From Spirochaetales bacterium (GTDB lineage Bacteria > Spirochaetota > Spirochaetia > JABEVK01): a stretch of 64,000 bases of DNA. Each line of letters begins with the position of its first letter. Within the stretch, counting starts at the first letter, position 1. The notes below the pieces were generated by a model. It was not told where the DNA came from and made no database searches. It saw nothing but the letters and a program-made list of their open reading frames with translations. Shown piece after piece: positions 1 to 9,610 of the stretch. The position numbers and the translations under genes are program-made. The stretch lies in contig JABEVK010000020.1 in the NCBI GenBank assembly GCA_013044245.1, positions 2,209 to 66,208 on the forward strand, read 5' to 3'.

Positions 1-2
1 CT

Positions 3-1007
3 CCGTGTATTCAGGCCCTCAAAGATGCTGGTTTAACAGCGTCAGAAATCGATGAAGTCGTCTTGGTGGGAGGTTCTACTCGTATTCCCAAGGTTCAGGA
101 CATTGTCAAAGCCCTGTTCGGTAAGGAGCCTAACAAAGGTGTTAACCCCGACGAGGTTGTGGCTGTAGGCGCCGCTATTCAGGGCGGTATTCTGGGGGGC
201 GATGTTAAAGACGTTCTGTTGTTGGACGTAACGCCTCTCTCACTGGGGATTGAAACTCTGGGCAGTGTTTTTACCAAGTTAATTGACCGCAATACAACCA
301 TTCCTACCCGAAAGAGCCAGGTTTTCTCGACAGCATCGGATAACCAAAACGCTGTTTCGATTCATGTTCTGCAGGGTGAACGCGAAATGGCCTCGCAAAA
401 CCGCACTTTGGGTCGCTTTGACTTAACCGATATCCCCCCAGCTCCTCGCGGAGTCCCGCAGATTGAAGTTACCTTTGATATTGACGCCAACGGCATTGTT
501 CATGTTTCGGCTAAGGATCTTGGAACCGGAAAAGAACAAAAAATTCGTATTGAGTCGAGTTCGGGCTTAAACGAAGAAGAGATCAAGAAAATGGTCCGAG
601 AAGCGGAATCGCACGCTGCTGAAGACAAAGCCTTCCGAGAAACTGCCGAGGTTCGCAATGAGTCTGAGAATACCATTTATAGCCTCGAAAAGGCGATAAA
701 GGACGCCGGGGATAAGGTAGATAAGTCTGAGAAAGAAAAGGTTGCGGCCGCAATTTCCGACCTGAAGAAGGCTCTGGAAAGTTCTGATCTCGAGCAGATG
801 AAAAGTAAACTAGAGGCTTTGAAGTCGGCTAGCCATAAAATGTCCGAGGAACTCTACAAGGCACAAGCGGCAGGCGCCCCAGGAGCGGGACCACAAGGGC
901 CAGGGGCCGGATCCAGTGCTCAAGGTAACGCCGGTTCGGGGTCATCCACTAAAACCGCTGCTGAAGATGCTGATTATGAAGTCGTTGACGACGACGAGAA
1001 GAAATAG
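3..1007 (+). CDS. dnaK: Molecular chaperone DnaK (Hsp70), C-terminal ~335 aa; 5' end lies outside the window
   Basis: The frame is open from position 3. Translation reads ...[26 protein letters not shown]...[22 protein letters not shown]-like peptide-binding and lid region with a Gly/Ala-rich acidic tail ...EVVDDDEKK*. dnaJ lies immediately downstream. Confidence 0.95.
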   Translation, partial: PCIQALKDAGLTASEIDEVVLVGGSTRIPKVQDIVKALFGKEPNKGVNPDEVVAVGAAIQGGILGGDVKDVLLLDVTPLSLGIETLGSVFTKLIDRNTTIPTRKSQVFSTASDNQNAVSIHVLQGEREMASQNRTLGRFDLTDIPPAPRGVPQIEVTFDIDANGIVHVSAKDLGTGKEQKIRIESSSGLNEEEIKKMVREAESHAAEDKAFRETAEVRNESENTIYSLEKAIKDAGDKVDKSEKEKVAAAISDLKKALESSDLEQMKSKLEALKSASHKMSEELYKAQAAGAPGAGPQGPGAGSSAQGNAGSGSSTKTAAEDADYEVVDDDEKK

Positions 1008-1018
1008 TAATAAGGTTC

Positions 1019-1036
1019 GGGTCCCTTCGGGGACCC
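1019..1036 (+). terminator. dnaK-dnaJ intercistronic hairpin GGGUCCC-UUCG-GGGACCC (7 bp stem, UUCG tetraloop). Possible partial terminator or processing/attenuation structure.
   Basis: Perfect inverted repeat read directly. There is no strong U-tract after it, so full termination is unlikely. Confidence 0.35.
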
Positions 1037-1063
1037 TGTATTAGGTCTTTCCGGAGTGTGACT

Positions 1064-2179
1064 GTGGCAAAACGTGACTATTATGAAGTCTTGGGGGTAG
1101 CGAAAGGCGCCACCCAAGAAGAAATCAAGAAAGCTTATCGAAAGTTGGCCATTCAGTTCCATCCGGATAAGAACCCCGGTGACAAGGCCGCTGAAGAAAA
1201 ATTTAAAGAGGCTACCGAGGCCTACGAAGTGCTGTCTGATACAGAAAAACGCACCAGATACGACCAGTTCGGATTTGCTGGTGTGGACCCCTCTGCCGGG
1301 GGAGGGGGCGGTGGCTTTGGGTCGGCCGCATTCCGCGATTTTGAAGATTTATTTGGGGGCTTCGGCGATATTTTTGGTTCATTTTTTGGTTCCCGAGGGG
1401 GAAACAGCGGATCAAATCGGGGAAGTGACCTTCGCTACGACCTAGAAATTGACTTTAAAGAAGCTGTTTTTGGGACAAAAACCGAAATCACCTACAACCG
1501 GAACGCTCCCTGCAGTGTTTGTAATGGTTCGGGGGGAGAAGCTGGATCGCGGAGTAAAGTGTGCCCCACCTGTCAGGGTTCGGGTCAGGTTCGCCGTTCC
1601 AGTGGATTCTTTTCTATTGCCCAGCCGTGTTCTACCTGCGGTGGTGAAGGTCATATTATCGAGAAACCTTGCCGCGCTTGCCGGGGGTCAGGACTGGAAA
1701 AACAGCAAGTTAAGCGTACAATAGAGGTTCCTGCGGGAATTGAACAGGGAAAAAAGATCCGGATTACTGGGCTTGGTGAGGCAGCTCCCAACGCCGGTCA
1801 GCCGGGGGATCTTTACGTGGCTATTCATGTTCGTGAGCATGATTCCTTTGAGCGGAATGGCAATGATTTGTACTGCATGATTCCTGTGACCATTGTCCAA
1901 GCGGCTTTGGGTACCGAAGTTAATGTCACAACTCTGGATGATAAGAAGATAAAGCTCAAAGTTCCAGCAGGCACCCAAAACGGAAAGATGTTCCGTATTA
2001 AAGAGGCTGGAGTTCCTTACCTGCATATGAATGGCAAAAGAGGCGATCTCTACATTAAGATCCACGTTGAAGTACCCACAAGCTTAAGTGGAAAGTCGAA
2101 AGAGTTGCTTTCTCAGTTGGGTGAGCAGATCGGCGAGAATCTTGAACCTAAGCCGATTCGTTTGTCTCAAATCTCCTAG
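1064..2179 (+). CDS. dnaJ: Chaperone DnaJ (J domain, G/F-rich region, four CxxCxGxG zinc-finger repeats, C-terminal domain)
   Basis: [12 protein letters not shown]...HPDKNP J domain; [11 protein letters not shown] region; [32 protein letters not shown] repeats. Start chosen at GTG 1064 (canonical MAKRDYY N-terminus, GGAG 7 nt upstream). The ORF track's GTG 1058 is an alternative. Confidence 0.93.
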   Translation: MAKRDYYEVLGVAKGATQEEIKKAYRKLAIQFHPDKNPGDKAAEEKFKEATEAYEVLSDTEKRTRYDQFGFAGVDPSAGGGGGGFGSAAFRDFEDLFGGFGDIFGSFFGSRGGNSGSNRGSDLRYDLEIDFKEAVFGTKTEITYNRNAPCSVCNGSGGEAGSRSKVCPTCQGSGQVRRSSGFFSIAQPCSTCGGEGHIIEKPCRACRGSGLEKQQVKRTIEVPAGIEQGKKIRITGLGEAAPNAGQPGDLYVAIHVREHDSFERNGNDLYCMIPVTIVQAALGTEVNVTTLDDKKIKLKVPAGTQNGKMFRIKEAGVPYLHMNGKRGDLYIKIHVEVPTSLSGKSKELLSQLGEQIGENLEPKPIRLSQIS

Positions 2180-2466
2180 TGAAAGGGCACTTTTTAGCGG
2201 GAATGCCTAGGTCAGGTACCATGGGGAGCGGTTAACGTTACCACGAGTAGTGGTTAACAAAGGTAATGGCATGGTGGTTAAAACCACCACATGCCCAGCT
2301 TGAGGTAACCGGCTGATCCCAAGGCGTTCCATAAGAGGTCACCCCACATAACGACGAGGGGGAGGACAAAAACCCCCAGTGTTAAGAGCAATTTCGTTCG
2401 GCTTTTCATGGCTTGAGAATACTGCTTCCAAATTGAGACGTCAATCAAACCACCACGCCAAAAAAT

Positions 2467-2495
2467 TTGACGGCACAGTGATTACGCATAATAAT
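2467..2495 (+). promoter_or_regulatory. Sigma70-like promoter TTGACG-N17-AATAAT abutting the ATG at 2503, implying a leaderless or near-leaderless transcript for the acyl-CoA synthetase gene
   Basis: TTGACG at 2467-2472 and AATAAT at 2490-2495. Only 7 nt separate the -10 from the start codon and there is no SD. Confidence 0.4.
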
Positions 2496-2502
2496 AAATT
2501 TC

Positions 2503-4152
2503 ATGTCCCCTACATCTCCCTGGCCCACATTAGGCGAATTGTTTGAAAAATCCGTGCGGACTTTTCCTGACAGGCCTTTTTTATCCACCCACATCGGTTC
2601 CGAAAAAAAGATACTCTCCTATGCCGAAGCTCGAGTCCTGAGTCTCCGTTGGGCTGCCCTTTTTATCAGTTTGGGCATTCGACGAGGGCAGTCCATTGCG
2701 TTACGAGGAAAAAACTCACCCTCGTGGGTTTTAGCGTTTTTAGGTTGTGTGCAAGCGGGAGCTGTGGTTGTTCCCCTGGATGCGCAAATCTCGGATGCTG
2801 ATGCCGTCAAGCTTTCAATTGCGGGCGAATGTCGGCTTTTTGTGCATGACTCGGAGTCTAGCGGTGTGGTGTCGTTACTAGATGGAATTCCTTCGGTTAG
2901 TTTCGATACAGAACTGCCGCCAGAGTACGAAATAACTGTTGCCACCGCGCCACACGATATCGCCGCGATTTTGTTTACCAGCGGTACAACGGGTCACCCC
3001 AAAGGGGCGATGTTGACTCACGAGAACTTTACTAGTGACTGTTTGCTAGCTCAGCAACTCCTCAGTATTTCGGCAGAGGATGTTTTTTATGCGCTTTTGC
3101 CACTTCATCATGCTTATACCCTTCTTGCCGTATTCTTAGAAGCGGTGTCGGTGGGGGCCTCGTTGTTGTTTGCCGAAAAGTTAGCCGTCAGTGCTGTTTT
3201 AAGTGACCTCAAGCGGGGAAGTGTCACCATGTTCTTGGCCGTACCTCTTTTGTTCAATAAACTTTTGGATGGCTTGCTCCAAGCAGTAAGAAAAAAAGGT
3301 CTTGTTGTTTGGTTGTCGCTTCGTGCCTTAATGAAATTGTCGGGGATTGTCAAAAAGACCACGGGGCATAATCCCGGGCGAAAATGGTTTCGTTCGGTTC
3401 TTGAGCAAGCGGGACTAGCGTCCGTGCGCGTCTGTATTTCGGGCGGAGGCCCCTTGGCTCCTCAAGTGTTTCGTCGGCTGAACGAACTTGGGCTAGACTT
3501 TGTTCAAGGTTATGGACTTACGGAAACTTCGCCGATTCTTGCCTTAAACCCCGTTGTCAAATACAAGGAAAGCTCAGTGGGCCGGATTCTTCCTGGCGTC
3601 GAGGCGCGTTTGCGAGATACGGATGCGCAAGGACAGGGGGAACTTGTCGTTAAAGGCCCCATGGTTATGAAAGGCTATTTCCGCGATCCCGAAGCCACTG
3701 CTGCTGTTCTTCAAGACGGGTGGCTAAGGACAGGTGATGTTGGCCGCCTCGACGACGAAAATTACCTTTACTTAACAGGACGGGTCAAATCTCTCATCGT
3801 CTCGGAAGGAGGTAAAAATGTTTACCCTGAAGAAATCGAATATGCCTTTCAGATACACGCTGAAATCGAGCAGATTTTGGTTCGTGGCTGGCTAAAAAAC
3901 CCTGAAAAACGCACCGAAGGCATTGAAGCCCTCATTTACCCTAATCCCGACAGTGTCCGCTTTTGGGTGCAAGGGAAACCCGCCGACGATGCCCAGGCCG
4001 CAATTCACGAGGCTGTCGGCAACATTGTTGCACAGGTCAACCGAACGTTGTTGCCGTACCAAAAAATAGACCGTTTTACACTGTTAGAATCCCCGCTCGA
4101 AATGACCACAACTCGTAAGGTTCGCCGACTAGCGCCAGATTCTCACCTCTGA
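2503..4152 (+). CDS. AMP-dependent acyl-CoA synthetase (long-chain fatty acid CoA ligase family)
   Basis: AMP-binding motif LFTSGTTGHPKGAML; GYGLTET; ...TGDVG.LDDENYLYLTGRVKSLI; 549 aa. Confidence 0.85.
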   Translation: MSPTSPWPTLGELFEKSVRTFPDRPFLSTHIGSEKKILSYAEARVLSLRWAALFISLGIRRGQSIALRGKNSPSWVLAFLGCVQAGAVVVPLDAQISDADAVKLSIAGECRLFVHDSESSGVVSLLDGIPSVSFDTELPPEYEITVATAPHDIAAILFTSGTTGHPKGAMLTHENFTSDCLLAQQLLSISAEDVFYALLPLHHAYTLLAVFLEAVSVGASLLFAEKLAVSAVLSDLKRGSVTMFLAVPLLFNKLLDGLLQAVRKKGLVVWLSLRALMKLSGIVKKTTGHNPGRKWFRSVLEQAGLASVRVCISGGGPLAPQVFRRLNELGLDFVQGYGLTETSPILALNPVVKYKESSVGRILPGVEARLRDTDAQGQGELVVKGPMVMKGYFRDPEATAAVLQDGWLRTGDVGRLDDENYLYLTGRVKSLIVSEGGKNVYPEEIEYAFQIHAEIEQILVRGWLKNPEKRTEGIEALIYPNPDSVRFWVQGKPADDAQAAIHEAVGNIVAQVNRTLLPYQKIDRFTLLESPLEMTTTRKVRRLAPDSHL

Positions 4153-4184
4153 TGAGCTTTTGACAGAGGAATCGTGACCGTCGG

Positions 4185-4610
4185 TTAGCTACTCATTCCT
4201 TCTGGGCCTCGGTAACGTTTCACGAGGCTTCGCTGGCGTTTTGCCTGAAGACGTCTTTCTTGCGACGCGCGAGTTTTTTTTGTCGTCTTGCGGGGTGGGC
4301 GGATTTTGATGGCTTCGAGAATCAAGTGCAAGGCTTTTTCAAGCGCCTCCGACCGGTTCATAGCCTGAGCGCGGTGCTCCTGCGCTGTGAGGTAAAGACT
4401 GCCTTCCTTAACACGTGAAGAAAGACGTTCTCGCACAAGTGCCAATTCGTGGGGGTGTAGAACCGTCAAAGACTCAACAGGGAGAGTGAGGTGAACTTTT
4501 GTGTTCACTTTATTGACGTTCTGTCCCCCTGGCCCTCCCGCTTTAACAAATGTCCATTGACTGTTGGCCACAATTTCTTGAAAGAGAGCGTCTTGTCTCG
4601 ACAGATCCAT
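4185..4610 (-). CDS. arfB: Alternative ribosome-rescue factor ArfB (peptidyl-tRNA hydrolase, class I release factor-like GGQ domain)
   Basis: 141 aa. AGGPGGQNVNKVNTKVHL GGQ motif followed by a basic C-terminal tail (RPPRKTTKKTRASQERRLQAKRQRSLVK), the typical ArfB/YaeJ architecture. Confidence 0.8.
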   Translation of the reverse strand: MDLSRQDALFQEIVANSQWTFVKAGGPGGQNVNKVNTKVHLTLPVESLTVLHPHELALVRERLSSRVKEGSLYLTAQEHRAQAMNRSEALEKALHLILEAIKIRPPRKTTKKTRASQERRLQAKRQRSLVKRYRGPEGMSS

Positions 4611-4700
4611 ACCCCAGGGTAAAACGAAGTTGCAGAGGCGTCAACGGGAGTAAGAATGAGGCAAAGGGAAGGCCGAGATATTAATCCTGTTATTGACGGT

Positions 4701-4719
4701 ATACTGTTTAAAACAGTAT
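4701..4719 (+). promoter_or_regulatory. Perfect 9-bp inverted repeat ATACTGTTT-a-AAACAGTAT, 11 nt upstream of the padR-like start. Candidate PadR autoregulatory operator; it overlaps a TTGACG -35-like hexamer at 4693.
   Basis: Palindrome read directly. PadR-family repressors typically bind inverted repeats in their own promoters. Confidence 0.4.
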
Positions 4720-4729
4720 CTTTTCCTTC

Positions 4730-5074
4730 ATGACGAGAAAAAACGGTAGGCACATGCCTGCGTTTCTTTTGCTGTTTTTGGCACAAGAACCCCTGCACGG
4801 AGCTGCTTTGTTGTCCAAAATGGAAAACGACCTTCCTTTTTGTTTTGCTGACAGCGCGGGTTTATATCGCACCCTGCAGAGACTTGAAGCGGATGGTCTA
4901 ATTCACGGAAGCTGGGAGAATCTTGAAAGCGGAGCTCCTCGCAAAATTTATGCTATCACGCCTGCTGGTTTGCTTGAGCTTAAGGCTCAGGCCGAGGACC
5001 TGCGTCAGCGGCAAGAAAATATTCGCGTTTTTTTTGAGCGCCTGGAGGCGCTTCAGAACAAGGAGAGAGTATGA
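4730..5074 (+). CDS. PadR-family transcriptional regulator
   Basis: LYRTLQRLEADGLIHGSWE...GAPRKIYAITPAGL winged-helix PadR signature. The stop overlaps the MFS start (ATGA). An alternative start is ATG 4754. Confidence 0.75.
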   Translation: MTRKNGRHMPAFLLLFLAQEPLHGAALLSKMENDLPFCFADSAGLYRTLQRLEADGLIHGSWENLESGAPRKIYAITPAGLLELKAQAEDLRQRQENIRVFFERLEALQNKERV

Positions 5075-6285
5075 GCGATACCGCGATAGCGCGAAACCAG
5101 CGAGGTTTGGTTAGCCTTTCAATAACCTCTGTGGCTCACATGTTGAATGACATGTACAGCAACTTTTTACCCCAACTATTGCCGTTTTTGCTCGTTCTGA
5201 TGCCGGGCTTTACTGCTACCCAAGCGGCAATCTTGGTCGCCTCATTTAATATTTCGTCGTCGCTTTTTCAACCTATCTTTGGGTTTTTGGTTGACGCCAA
5301 GGGTCGTACGTGGTTGATTTACCTGGGAACCCTCTGGATGTCCGTCTTGTTAAGCCTTACCGGAGTTGCAGGAAGTTTTCCTCTGATGGTAGTTTTGGCT
5401 GCGACGGCGGGGCTGGGTACCTCGGCTTTTCATCCCCCGGCTTCCTCACTGGTTAATGGACTTAGTGTGCACCGAAAAGCCGTCTACCAATCCATTTTCG
5501 TTTCGGCAGGCAACCTAGGGTTCGCTTTAGCCCCTTTGCTTTTGGTGCCGTTGTTCCAAGCCGAGGGCTTGGGCGCAAGCACCTTGCTGTGGATTCCTGG
5601 CGTCGTTGCCGCGGCCTTATTATTTTTCTTCCTCCCCAAGTTAAAGCCAGCACCTCAAGTTTACACCTGGAAAGAAGTGGCCAACGCAATTTTTCATGCT
5701 CGACGTGACTTGGCGGTGGTTTTAGGGGTCATCGCGCTTCGCTCGGCTTCGTATACTGGGTTACTAACCCTGTTACCTTTGTTTTTCCATGCACATGGGG
5801 TAAGTCAAATCGAATCGGGCCGTTTGACAGGTCTTATGCTCCTTACCGGAGCTGTTGGCGGTCTCATTGGCGGCTGGCTGTCAGACCGCTGGGGACGTAA
5901 ACCGATTATTGTAGGCTCGCTGATTGTGGCTTCGCTCCTTTTTTGGGGGTTTTTACTCACCTCTGGCTGGATTAGTGTGGTTCTCTTGGGCCTAGCTGGG
6001 GCTTCTCTTTTGGCGAACTTTTCGGTCACGATTGTCGCCGTGCAAGAGACCCTGCCGCACCACAAAGCGATGGCGACCGGTTTAAGTATGGGCTTTGCGA
6101 ACGGGATCGGAGCCTTGGCTGTCGTGGGGATAGGCGGGTTGGCTGACCATTTCGGCCTGTTTTCAGCGGTCGGCCTGGCCGTGAGTTTGCCACTGATAGG
6201 CGGGATTTTGAGTTTGATGATGAGGAATGCTGTAAGTGATCGTGAAAAGCGCGCGCAATTGCCCCCTGCAACAGAACAGCGTTAG
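5071..6285 (+). CDS. MFS transporter (12 predicted TM segments), likely co-operonic with padR
   Basis: 404 aa, hydrophobic throughout, with a GxLaDr.Grk-like loop (FLVDAKGRTW; LSDRWGRKP). 4-nt overlap with the padR stop. Confidence 0.8.
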   Translation: MSDTAIARNQRGLVSLSITSVAHMLNDMYSNFLPQLLPFLLVLMPGFTATQAAILVASFNISSSLFQPIFGFLVDAKGRTWLIYLGTLWMSVLLSLTGVAGSFPLMVVLAATAGLGTSAFHPPASSLVNGLSVHRKAVYQSIFVSAGNLGFALAPLLLVPLFQAEGLGASTLLWIPGVVAAALLFFFLPKLKPAPQVYTWKEVANAIFHARRDLAVVLGVIALRSASYTGLLTLLPLFFHAHGVSQIESGRLTGLMLLTGAVGGLIGGWLSDRWGRKPIIVGSLIVASLLFWGFLLTSGWISVVLLGLAGASLLANFSVTIVAVQETLPHHKAMATGLSMGFANGIGALAVVGIGGLADHFGLFSAVGLAVSLPLIGGILSLMMRNAVSDREKRAQLPPATEQR

Positions 6286-6361
6286 TCGTAGCAGGCTTTG
6301 AGAAAAAAATCCCTTTACGGTTTAGCATTTGCCCGCCATAATCCTGGGGTGGAGGGGGCAA

Positions 6362-7096
6362 ATGCTCGAAACCGTCAGCGCCGTTTGCGCAACCTTGGCT
6401 GGGGCCGCCATCGTGGCTTTTCTACTTCTTTTGACAAGACTAAAATCGCTTAGGCGAAAACTGGACACCGAGAGGCGGACGACAGACGCTCTGACGGAGG
6501 TCGTGGTAGAGTTTGCTGAGTTTCGCGGGTCCCCTGATGCCGGACATGCTCGCAATGTGCGTCGGTATACTCAATTGCTTCTCGAAGAACTGCGTCTTCG
6601 GCAAGTTGCCCCCGAAATCCTTACCGAGCATTTTTGCCGTACCGTTGCGCGAGCGAGCACCCTGCACGATATTGGCAAATTATTTCTTCCGGCAGAAATC
6701 TTTTTAAAAAATGGTCCCCTGACGGTCGAAGAGCGCCGCCTCATGCAGACCCACTGTGAACGCGGTGAAGAGTTTCTGCGTTCTGCAGAAGAGCGTCTGT
6801 CCTTTTCTTCGTTTTTGGGGACAGCGCGTCACCTCGTCATATCCCACCATGAGTGTTGGAATGGCTCAGGGTATCCGTTTCAAATTTCTGGCGATGAGAT
6901 TCCTTGGGAAGGGAGGGTCATGGCCCTGGTGGATGTTTACGACGCCCTTCGTCGGCCCAAGGTCTACCGGGCAGCGGTGGGTCATGACGAATGCGTTCAT
7001 GCCATTCTGGCGCTTAGCGGTATTCAATTTGACCCCCAAGTTGTCGATGCTTTTTTAGCCCGTCAAGACGATTTTCGCCGACTGAGTGAGAGTTAA
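6362..7096 (+). CDS. HD-GYP domain protein (putative c-di-GMP phosphodiesterase) with an N-terminal TM helix
   Basis: HDIGKLFLP ... HHECWNGSGYPF (HD and GYP motifs). Start moved to ATG 6362, which has a GGAGGGGG RBS; the upstream ATG 6329 lacks an RBS. Confidence 0.8.
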   Translation: MLETVSAVCATLAGAAIVAFLLLLTRLKSLRRKLDTERRTTDALTEVVVEFAEFRGSPDAGHARNVRRYTQLLLEELRLRQVAPEILTEHFCRTVARASTLHDIGKLFLPAEIFLKNGPLTVEERRLMQTHCERGEEFLRSAEERLSFSSFLGTARHLVISHHECWNGSGYPFQISGDEIPWEGRVMALVDVYDALRRPKVYRAAVGHDECVHAILALSGIQFDPQVVDAFLARQDDFRRLSES

Positions 7097-7210
7097 AGCT
7101 CAAGATAAAAGAAAGAGAAGTCGGTTTTCTGGGAACCTGTGCTTGATTTCAGGCCCTTACGGGCTTATACTCGGGCGGCCGGGCCCGAAAGGCGCTGGGA
7201 AGGAGCCGTT

Positions 7211-7705
7211 ATGCAGATTACCGCGAACAAGGTCGCTGGTATCCACTATACCCTGAAAAACAAAAAAGGCGAAAAGATAGAGAGTTCTGTCGGCGCCGAG
7301 CCACTGGTGTACCTCCACGGGAACAGCAATCTGATCACCGGTCTTGAAACTGAGCTAGAAGGTAAAAAAGTTGGCGATAAGTTTACCGTTCAGGTCAAAG
7401 CCGCTGACGCCTACGGTGACTATGACGAAGAACTTATTGAGACCGTCGCCAAGGCTGATTTTGAAGATCAAAACGAATTGGCCGTCGGAAAAGAATTTCA
7501 ATACAGCGATGATGAGGGCGAGATCTACCACGTCCGTATTGTAAAAATTGAAGGTGAAACTGTTACCGTTGATGGCAATCATCCCCTGGCAGGTCAGGAT
7601 CTGACCTTTGAGGTTGAGGTGGTCTCGGTTCGCGATGCCAGTGAAGAAGAACTTGATCACGGGCATGTTCATGACGGCTCGGGGCATCACCACCATCATG
7701 ACTAA
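7211..7705 (+). CDS. slyD: FKBP-type peptidyl-prolyl cis-trans isomerase SlyD with a His-rich metal-binding tail
   Basis: MQITANKVAGIHYTLKNKKGE...LVYLHG FKBP fold and IF-domain pattern. C-terminus HGHVHDGSGHHHHHD. AGGAG RBS upstream of 7211. Confidence 0.85.
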   Translation: MQITANKVAGIHYTLKNKKGEKIESSVGAEPLVYLHGNSNLITGLETELEGKKVGDKFTVQVKAADAYGDYDEELIETVAKADFEDQNELAVGKEFQYSDDEGEIYHVRIVKIEGETVTVDGNHPLAGQDLTFEVEVVSVRDASEEELDHGHVHDGSGHHHHHD

Positions 7706-8468
7706 TCGCTGGTATGGGGTCACTGACCGTGGTACGGTTCGTGACCTCAACCAGGATGCCTTTTGCGCCCCCGGGATTCTCGTGGGGCGCCAGGATTCGG
7801 CGCGACGGGAAGGTGAGTTTTTGTTTGCCTCTCAGGCGCCGGCTCTTTGGGCTGTTTCCGATGGAATGGGCGGGCATGAGTTGGGCGAAGAGGCAAGCGC
7901 GCTTGCCATACAACTGTTGACCTGGGACGTTCAAAAACAGTGGTCGTCACTCTACAGTGAAGGCCAAGATCCCAAAACTTTTATTTCTCGTGCCCTGCGT
8001 GAGATAAGTCGAAAACTTAACGATCTGGCGCAAGATCAGCTGCGCCCGATGGGGTGCACGTTGACCGGCGTTTGGGTACCTGATGAAACCCCATCAGCAT
8101 GGGTTTTTCACGTCGGCGATACTCGTTTATGGAGAGCCAATTCCACAAAAAGATCCTTGCAATTGCTGACTCAAGATCACAACCTTGCCTTTGGCCGTTC
8201 GGATGGTCAGGGCAAAAATATTCTAGAATCCTGCTTGGGCGGGGGAATGGACGAGCAACGTATTGATGTTTTTCCGCTCGAGGTAGCCCGTGGCGATGTT
8301 TGGCTACTCGTTAGCGATGGGCTAGAGGACGGCCTAGACCAGGCCACCTTCGAAACCCTATTTTGGCAAAATGTTATGAGCCCGCCGATGTTGGCCGAAG
8401 CGTTACTGAACCAGTCTTTACCAAATTCCGCTGATAATATTACCCTTCTTGCCATAACTTGGGACTAA
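7698..8468 (+). CDS. PP2C-family Ser/Thr protein phosphatase
   Basis: YGVTDRGTVRDLNQDAF ... VSDGMGGHELGEEAS ... LLVSDGL motifs. The ATG at 7698 overlaps the slyD stop by 8 nt. Confidence 0.8.
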   Translation: MTNRWYGVTDRGTVRDLNQDAFCAPGILVGRQDSARREGEFLFASQAPALWAVSDGMGGHELGEEASALAIQLLTWDVQKQWSSLYSEGQDPKTFISRALREISRKLNDLAQDQLRPMGCTLTGVWVPDETPSAWVFHVGDTRLWRANSTKRSLQLLTQDHNLAFGRSDGQGKNILESCLGGGMDEQRIDVFPLEVARGDVWLLVSDGLEDGLDQATFETLFWQNVMSPPMLAEALLNQSLPNSADNITLLAITWD

Positions 8469-8582
8469 AAGCTTGTATCCCTCACTTTAGTACGTGTTTT
8501 TTACTCTGGAACTTTGTTTTATGCAAATAATGCCGAAAATAAGGGACGATACCTATAAAAAAACGCGCTGTCAGGAGGAGTC

Positions 8583-9197
8583 ATGTTTGATGTCTTGGTA
8601 AAGGGAGGGCCCATTCTGTGGCTGATCCTTCTGTTGTTTGTTCCCATTATTGCTATCACCATTGAACGCCTTTGGTTTTTCAAAAAGATTCACGGTGATG
8701 AAGATAAACTGTTTGCGCGTGTTCGTGCGGCGATTGAAAAACGGCACTACGATGAAGCTTTGGCCATTTGCGACACCGTTGAGGCTCCCTTGGCGGCCTT
8801 GGTTCGGACAGGTTTGGAATACCGCGATCGGCCGCAAGAGGTCCAAACCCGAATGATTGAAGAAACCGCCGCCCGCGAAGTCCCTCGGTTAGAACGAGCA
8901 ATCGGTTGGGTGAGTACCATAGCACAGATTTCACCCTTGTTAGGACTTCTAGGTACCGTGTCGGGCATCATCAATGCCTTTGGCATTTTAGGAAAGTTTG
9001 GCAATGTCACCGACCCCTCGGTTTTGGCCAAGGGGATTAGTGAGGCGCTTTTAACCACGGCGGCAGGAATTGTTGTTGCCGTTCCCGCCATGGTGATTTA
9101 TTACTTTCTTGCCGTGCGTGCCAACCGCGAAATTCAGCGTTTGGAAAGCCGCACCGGAGAGCTGTCCACCCTGTTTACCGGCAAGGGGGTATCATGA
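8583..9197 (+). CDS. MotA/TolQ/ExbB-family proton-channel protein
   Basis: 204 aa with 3 TM segments; LLTTAAGIVVAVPAMVIYYFL conserved C-terminal TM; GGAGGAG RBS. Confidence 0.85.
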   Translation: MFDVLVKGGPILWLILLLFVPIIAITIERLWFFKKIHGDEDKLFARVRAAIEKRHYDEALAICDTVEAPLAALVRTGLEYRDRPQEVQTRMIEETAAREVPRLERAIGWVSTIAQISPLLGLLGTVSGIINAFGILGKFGNVTDPSVLAKGISEALLTTAAGIVVAVPAMVIYYFLAVRANREIQRLESRTGELSTLFTGKGVS

Positions 9198-9610
9198 AAT
9201 TTCGTCGCAGTTTACCAACGGTACCGCCCCTTAACCTGACACCTCTGATTGATGTGATCCTGATGCTTCTTGTGTTTTTTCTTTTGGCCACGGTGTTTCG
9301 GGTGGGCCCGGGATTGGCTGTTCAGTTGCCAGTATCGTCAACAGCTAAAGCGGTGAGCATGACGACGGTGAGGTTGACGGTGGTTTCGGAATCAGAAATT
9401 TGGGTCGATGGACAAAAAGTAGCGTTGGCGGGTCTGGATGGGCTTTTGAAGCAAGACTTGGCGGGAAAAGACCGAGAGCACCTTAGGGTGGTTGTCGAAG
9501 GCGGTTACGACGCTCCTTATCAGCTGGTTGTCTCCGTGCTTGATCATTTGCGTCAAGCAGGCGTAAACGGTGTCAACCTGATGACGAGGCTGGCCAGGAG
9601 ACCCTCCTGA
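9194..9610 (+). CDS. ExbD/TolR-family biopolymer transport protein
   Basis: 138 aa; N-terminal LNLTPLIDVILMLLVFFL TM plus periplasmic domain. Overlaps the exbB stop (ATGA). Confidence 0.85.
   Translation: MKFRRSLPTVPPLNLTPLIDVILMLLVFFLLATVFRVGPGLAVQLPVSSTAKAVSMTTVRLTVVSESEIWVDGQKVALAGLDGLLKQDLAGKDREHLRVVVEGGYDAPYQLVVSVLDHLRQAGVNGVNLMTRLARRPS

Noticed and set aside
1179-1445. 88-aa ORF in an alternative frame within dnaJ, and 62-70-aa antisense ORFs at 974-1162, 1212-1415 and 1442-1654
   Set aside because: They are embedded in the conserved dnaJ reading frame. The Gly-rich G/F region of dnaJ generates open alternative frames.
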